Positions 60,176-64,000 of a stretch of DNA of 64,000 nt are shown here, in pieces (position 1 is the first letter of the stretch; each line of letters starts with the position of its first letter). Both the position numbers and the translations under genes were made by a program. Source of the DNA: Candidatus Yanofskybacteria bacterium (GTDB taxonomy: Bacteria; Patescibacteriota; Minisyncoccia; 2-02-FULL-40-12; IGHO2-01-FULL-4-A); NCBI GenBank assembly GCA_016185545.1, contig JACPNJ010000005.1:4549-68548 (forward strand). The letters run 5' to 3'. The notes under the pieces are model-generated. The model saw nothing but the letters and a program-made list of their open reading frames with translations, was not told the origin of the DNA and did no database searches.

Positions 60176-60329
60176 TGAACCACGGATTTATACTCCTATT
60201 ATAGACTGCGTGGTTCACCAAATCAATTCTCTCATGTTGATAATTGCGAATTTGGCCCAAAAAATACAAGCATGATGCCACTTCATCACCCCGCAATTTC
60301 ATAAATTTTATCATAAAAATCAGCTTGAT

Positions 60330-61505
60330 TCAAGCTGATTTTTTACTGACTATTACGGAAAAGAGAAGGGCGGCGAAAAGAGAAAGCACCAACCCATAAA
60401 TAAACGGTAGAGTTTGGTTGACGTTCCATAGGAGTCCGGCAATTAGGCCGGCGGGGATGGCGGCAAGACCGGTAAATGTTTCAAAAGTACCCAAAGCGGT
60501 ACCACGTATTTCAACTCCAGATAGGTCGCAAACGAATGACTTTTGGCTAATATTTACCGTCGCTCTGAAAAGTCCATAGAGTGCGAATAGAATAAATAAA
60601 AAGATGAATGTCCAAGTACGGTCCGGCTGCCATAAAGAAATCGCGCCGAAACCAAAAAAAACAACGGCCAGTAAAATATAACTAGAGATTATAACCTTGC
60701 GCCGTCCGAATTTATCAGACCACGAACCGGCCAGAGTGGAAAAACCAGTATCAAAAATGCTGAAGAAAATATACAAAAGAAGGGTAGATGAGAGCGCTTT
60801 TTTAAAATTTAAATCACCAAAAAGCGTCTGGGTTTTGAGAATCATGAAAGCGTAACTGAAATTAGCTAGAGCGAAAACAGAAGCCACAAGTATAAATTTT
60901 TTCAACTGGGAAGACAGGCCCTCAAAGCCAATCGCTTTTTTCGCAATTTTTAATTGCTCCGGCACTTTCACGAAAATAATCGGCACCACCGCGAAAAGCG
61001 CGATGACGGCTGAAATTAAAAATATCTTGGAAAGGGCAAGGTCAAAATAAAAAACAAAAATTAAAACTGCCAGAGAGCCCAAAATGGCGCCGGCGCTGTC
61101 CATCGCCCGCTGAATCCCAAATCCTCTGCCCCGCCGCTCATGGGACAACGACTCTGATAAAATCGCGTCGCGTGGCGCGTCTCTGAAACCCTTGCCAATC
61201 CGCTCAATAGGTCTTACGGCCAAAATCTGCCGCCAAGATGAAGAAAGCGGATACAAAAACTTGGCTACAGCGGAAAAGGCATAACCGGCAAAAACAAAAG
61301 TTCTGTATTTTTTGGTTTTATCGGCCCAGCGGCCGGATATAACCTTAAAAACAGCCGCTACGGCATCACCGATGCCAAAAGCCAAACCGATTGCCACACC
61401 CGCCCCGCCTAGTGATTGTATAAAAAACGGCAAAATCGGAAAAACCATCTCGCTTGAAAAATCAGCTAGTAATGAAGTTAATCCCAAAAGAATTACATTT
61501 AACAT
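60330..61505 (-). CDS. MFS transporter
   Basis: 12 TMs; SLLADFSSEM, ERIGKGFRDAPRDA and SDKFGRR. Confidence 0.92.
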   Translation of the reverse strand: MLNVILLGLTSLLADFSSEMVFPILPFFIQSLGGAGVAIGLAFGIGDAVAAVFKVISGRWADKTKKYRTFVFAGYAFSAVAKFLYPLSSSWRQILAVRPIERIGKGFRDAPRDAILSESLSHERRGRGFGIQRAMDSAGAILGSLAVLIFVFYFDLALSKIFLISAVIALFAVVPIIFVKVPEQLKIAKKAIGFEGLSSQLKKFILVASVFALANFSYAFMILKTQTLFGDLNFKKALSSTLLLYIFFSIFDTGFSTLAGSWSDKFGRRKVIISSYILLAVVFFGFGAISLWQPDRTWTFIFLFILFALYGLFRATVNISQKSFVCDLSGVEIRGTALGTFETFTGLAAIPAGLIAGLLWNVNQTLPFIYGLVLSLFAALLFSVIVSKKSA

Positions 61506-61564
61506 AAGTAAATTATGCCTTAAATTATTAAAAAATCAAATAAAAAAGCCGCGGCTTGTCGGCT

Positions 61565-62299
61565 TTACTTGGATCCGTTCTGGGATTTCTCTTCTAGTAT
61601 GTTCAGGGTTTGCGTCGCAATATGCTTCACCATGGTCACTTCGTCCATGTGAGTCGTATCTACCAAAAATAGCTGTTTATAATCCGGAGAAAGTGCATTA
61701 TAGGCGCTCTTATAACGTTCTATCAGCGTACGCACGATTTGCGGACTTGTCGTTTCGCCAAGCTTGCGGCTTAAAGCTATTCTCAACTCTCTTTCGGCAG
61801 CTATGCCGGGATCGCAAATCATAAAATACGCGGCATCTATTTTATCCGTCCAAAATCGCAATAGAAAAAAATCTTGTATCATCTTTTTTTCTTTATCGGT
61901 CAACTTATTTTTTTCTGCCCAATACATCATCCAGCAAAAAGCATCAAAAATACAACGATCAAAAATAACTACATCATAAGGGTGTCCTGCGCTAAAATCT
62001 ATGAGCTGAGTAAGGGCGTATATGCCGGTTCTGATATTATAAAGGGGCGTGCTTCTACCGATATGGCGGATAACCTCTGCTCCTTCTTGAGGCCTCAACA
62101 CCCTGAATCCTTGCCTGCGCAAAAACTTATCCAATTCGGTAATAGTAGTGGTTTTACCTGATGACGGCGAACCGGTAAATTCCAGGAAAAATGGCCTTGG
62201 CAAGAATTGATCGTCATAACGCAGATGACTTTTGAGATAAGCAAGAATTTTTTGCGCTTTTTCTTCAAAAACATTTTCCTGCTTTAACAACTCGGGCAT
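61565..62299 (-). CDS. Thymidylate kinase-like P-loop kinase
   Basis: LEFTGSPSSGKTT and VIFDR. Confidence 0.7.
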   Translation of the reverse strand: MPELLKQENVFEEKAQKILAYLKSHLRYDDQFLPRPFFLEFTGSPSSGKTTTITELDKFLRRQGFRVLRPQEGAEVIRHIGRSTPLYNIRTGIYALTQLIDFSAGHPYDVVIFDRCIFDAFCWMMYWAEKNKLTDKEKKMIQDFFLLRFWTDKIDAAYFMICDPGIAAERELRIALSRKLGETTSPQIVRTLIERYKSAYNALSPDYKQLFLVDTTHMDEVTMVKHIATQTLNILEEKSQNGSK

Positions 62300-62385
62300 A
62301 GTTAACTCCTATTTTAAAAATGCTTTCGTAGGAATATACTAAACAAATAGAATACCACTGTAAACCTAGACTTTTTTTAAAAAAT

Positions 62386-62955
62386 ATGACCAAACCAATA
62401 AATAAAATAATCGGTTTTGATTTAGACGGCGTTATCCTTAATCACACCCCCAACAAGCTGAACTTAGCAAAAAGTTTCGGTTGGAAATTAAGTCCAGAAC
62501 AAACCCACTCAGAAATAATCAGAACCATTATGCCGAAGCATGCGCTGGATCAACTGAAACTTACCCTATATGATGATCCGGAAGTATCATTAAAATCACC
62601 GGTAACAAGGGGGGCTAGAAGCACATTGTCGGAAATAAAAAATAAATACTCCTACTTTTTGATATCCAGGCGGAAAAAACCGGAAATAGCTATTAGAATC
62701 CTGAAAATTAAAAAACTGTGGCCCGAGTTTTTTAATGAGAACAATACATTTTTTGTTTCCAAACCAAAAGATAAAAATAAAATCGGCAAGAAACTAGGCA
62801 TCACTCACTATGTTGATGACGAACTAAGGGTTCTTGAAAAGCTTACTGACATTAAAAATAAAATACTTTTTGACCCATATAATTCATTTCCTTATGCTAC
62901 TAATTTTATAAAAGTAAAATCATGGAAAGAACTTTTTGGTTTAATCAACAGTTAG
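62386..62955 (+). CDS. HAD-superfamily 5'(3')-nucleotidase-like protein
   Basis: IGFDLDGVI, ISRR, K and YVDD, ending in VKSWKE. Confidence 0.75.
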   Translation: MTKPINKIIGFDLDGVILNHTPNKLNLAKSFGWKLSPEQTHSEIIRTIMPKHALDQLKLTLYDDPEVSLKSPVTRGARSTLSEIKNKYSYFLISRRKKPEIAIRILKIKKLWPEFFNENNTFFVSKPKDKNKIGKKLGITHYVDDELRVLEKLTDIKNKILFDPYNSFPYATNFIKVKSWKELFGLINS

Positions 62956-63002
62956 ACTTAAAATAAAACATCCCGATACCGGGATGTTTTATTTTAAGTC
63001 TA
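62953..63002. terminator. 23-bp-stem hairpin between convergent genes
   Basis: tagacttaaaataaaacatcccg-atac-cgggatgttttattttaagtcta. Confidence 0.75.
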
Positions 63003-63011
63003 GTATGCTGT

Positions 63012-64000
63012 TTATTGTTGATTACTATTAGTCGACAAATCTTCGTAAGGATGTTCAAGCTCGTAGCGATGCGTATACCACCGATACAGTATCCAACCGA
63101 CGGGCATGGGAAGCCAGAATGTGAAAGCGCGCAAGAGTAATGTCATGGCAAAAGCCGGCTGGGCCGGCACGCCAAAAGATATGAGAATCAGGGTCATGCC
63201 GCCTTCAAAAACACCGAGCCCGCCCGGAACAAAAGCAACCATGGACAAAAACTTAGTCAAGGTAAAAGTAATAAATGCCACCGAGAAACTGATTTTTGAA
63301 TCTAAGGCAAAAGACAAAAAATACAGTGTAAAAACACTGGCCAGTAAAATCATATTTTGCCAAAAAAATGCCAGCCAGAAAGGCCTGGCTCTTTTCTTTA
63401 GCTCTCCGAAATTAAAAGTTTCCTTGAACTGGTCTATAATCATTGCCACATGACTAGCATGATCAGCTCCGTTGTCTTTGTTATCGTCACCATTGCCGTT
63501 CTTTTTTTTGCGTCGGTTTTCAAAATAGGCATGTATTTTGTTAATCATCCATCGGGCAAATTTACCGCGTTTTCTTTTTTGTAAGGCTAAAAACCAAGAA
63601 AGAGCAATTACCGCGAAAAAAGCAAAAGCATAAATAAAAAATCTAGCTTCCGGATGTTGTCCCATAATGCCGTTTCGGAACATCATTACAGACGAAATTA
63701 CAAAAAAAACGCCGAAAGCCATATACAAAGTGGCAAGCTCCAAAAGCGCCCGTCCGATGCCTTCAGCCACGGTTAAACCGAATTTTTTAAGATAGTGAAC
63801 AAAAAATGCCTGCCCCGAGAAACCGGCTGATGGCAAGGCTTGATTAAGAAATTGTATGACAAAAGTTACGGGAAAAAGCTCCCTTACGCCAACTTCAAGG
63901 TCTTTAACGCGTAAAACATCTCGGTAATTAAGGGCGACAAAGTAATAACTAATCACCTGCGTGACAATGACGCCAAATAACCAAAAAAAATTGGAACGGA
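63012..64000 (-). CDS. Lysylphosphatidylglycerol-synthase-TM / flippase-like membrane protein (5' end outside window)
   Basis: FLNQALPSAG, VPGGLGVFEG and LLRAFTFWLP. Confidence 0.82.
   Translation of the reverse strand, partial: RSNFFWLFGVIVTQVISYYFVALNYRDVLRVKDLEVGVRELFPVTFVIQFLNQALPSAGFSGQAFFVHYLKKFGLTVAEGIGRALLELATLYMAFGVFFVISSVMMFRNGIMGQHPEARFFIYAFAFFAVIALSWFLALQKRKRGKFARWMINKIHAYFENRRKKKNGNGDDNKDNGADHASHVAMIIDQFKETFNFGELKKRARPFWLAFFWQNMILLASVFTLYFLSFALDSKISFSVAFITFTLTKFLSMVAFVPGGLGVFEGGMTLILISFGVPAQPAFAMTLLLRAFTFWLPMPVGWILYRWYTHRYELEHPYEDLSTNSNQQ

Overview
AT-rich bacterial chromosome segment read in the standard genetic code. Gene content and style (reduced metabolism, many small membrane and secreted unknowns, a LAGLIDADG-like gene beside a tRNA) suggest Patescibacteria/CPR (Parcubacteria-like); this assignment is inference. 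Housekeeping genes include gpmI, mnmA, murJ, groES/EL with CIRCE, uvrC, secG, rnj, trpS, murC, ychF, fba/rpe/rpiB, sod, typA, tRNA-Leu(CAG) and tRNA-Gln(TTG). A MoxR/vWA block is also present. The main feature is a complete diversity-generating retroelement at 38.5-40.9 kb: target with VR, TR, avd on the opposite strand, and RT. All 16 TR/VR mismatches found by hand fall at TR adenines. A single C10/G10 tract sits where the 5' ends of avd and RT overlap, and removing one base puts both ATG starts in frame, so it is a candidate single phase-variable switch for the whole DGR. Other notable items: a frameshifted orphan DGR-target-like remnant; a ~530-nt promoter/terminator-bounded structured non-coding region next to a tRNA-like RNA with an antisense partner; several dispersed structured repeat families with compensatory changes; and palindromic and heptamer repeats inserted in frame in conserved genes. 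All alignments were done by eye and no database searches were run.
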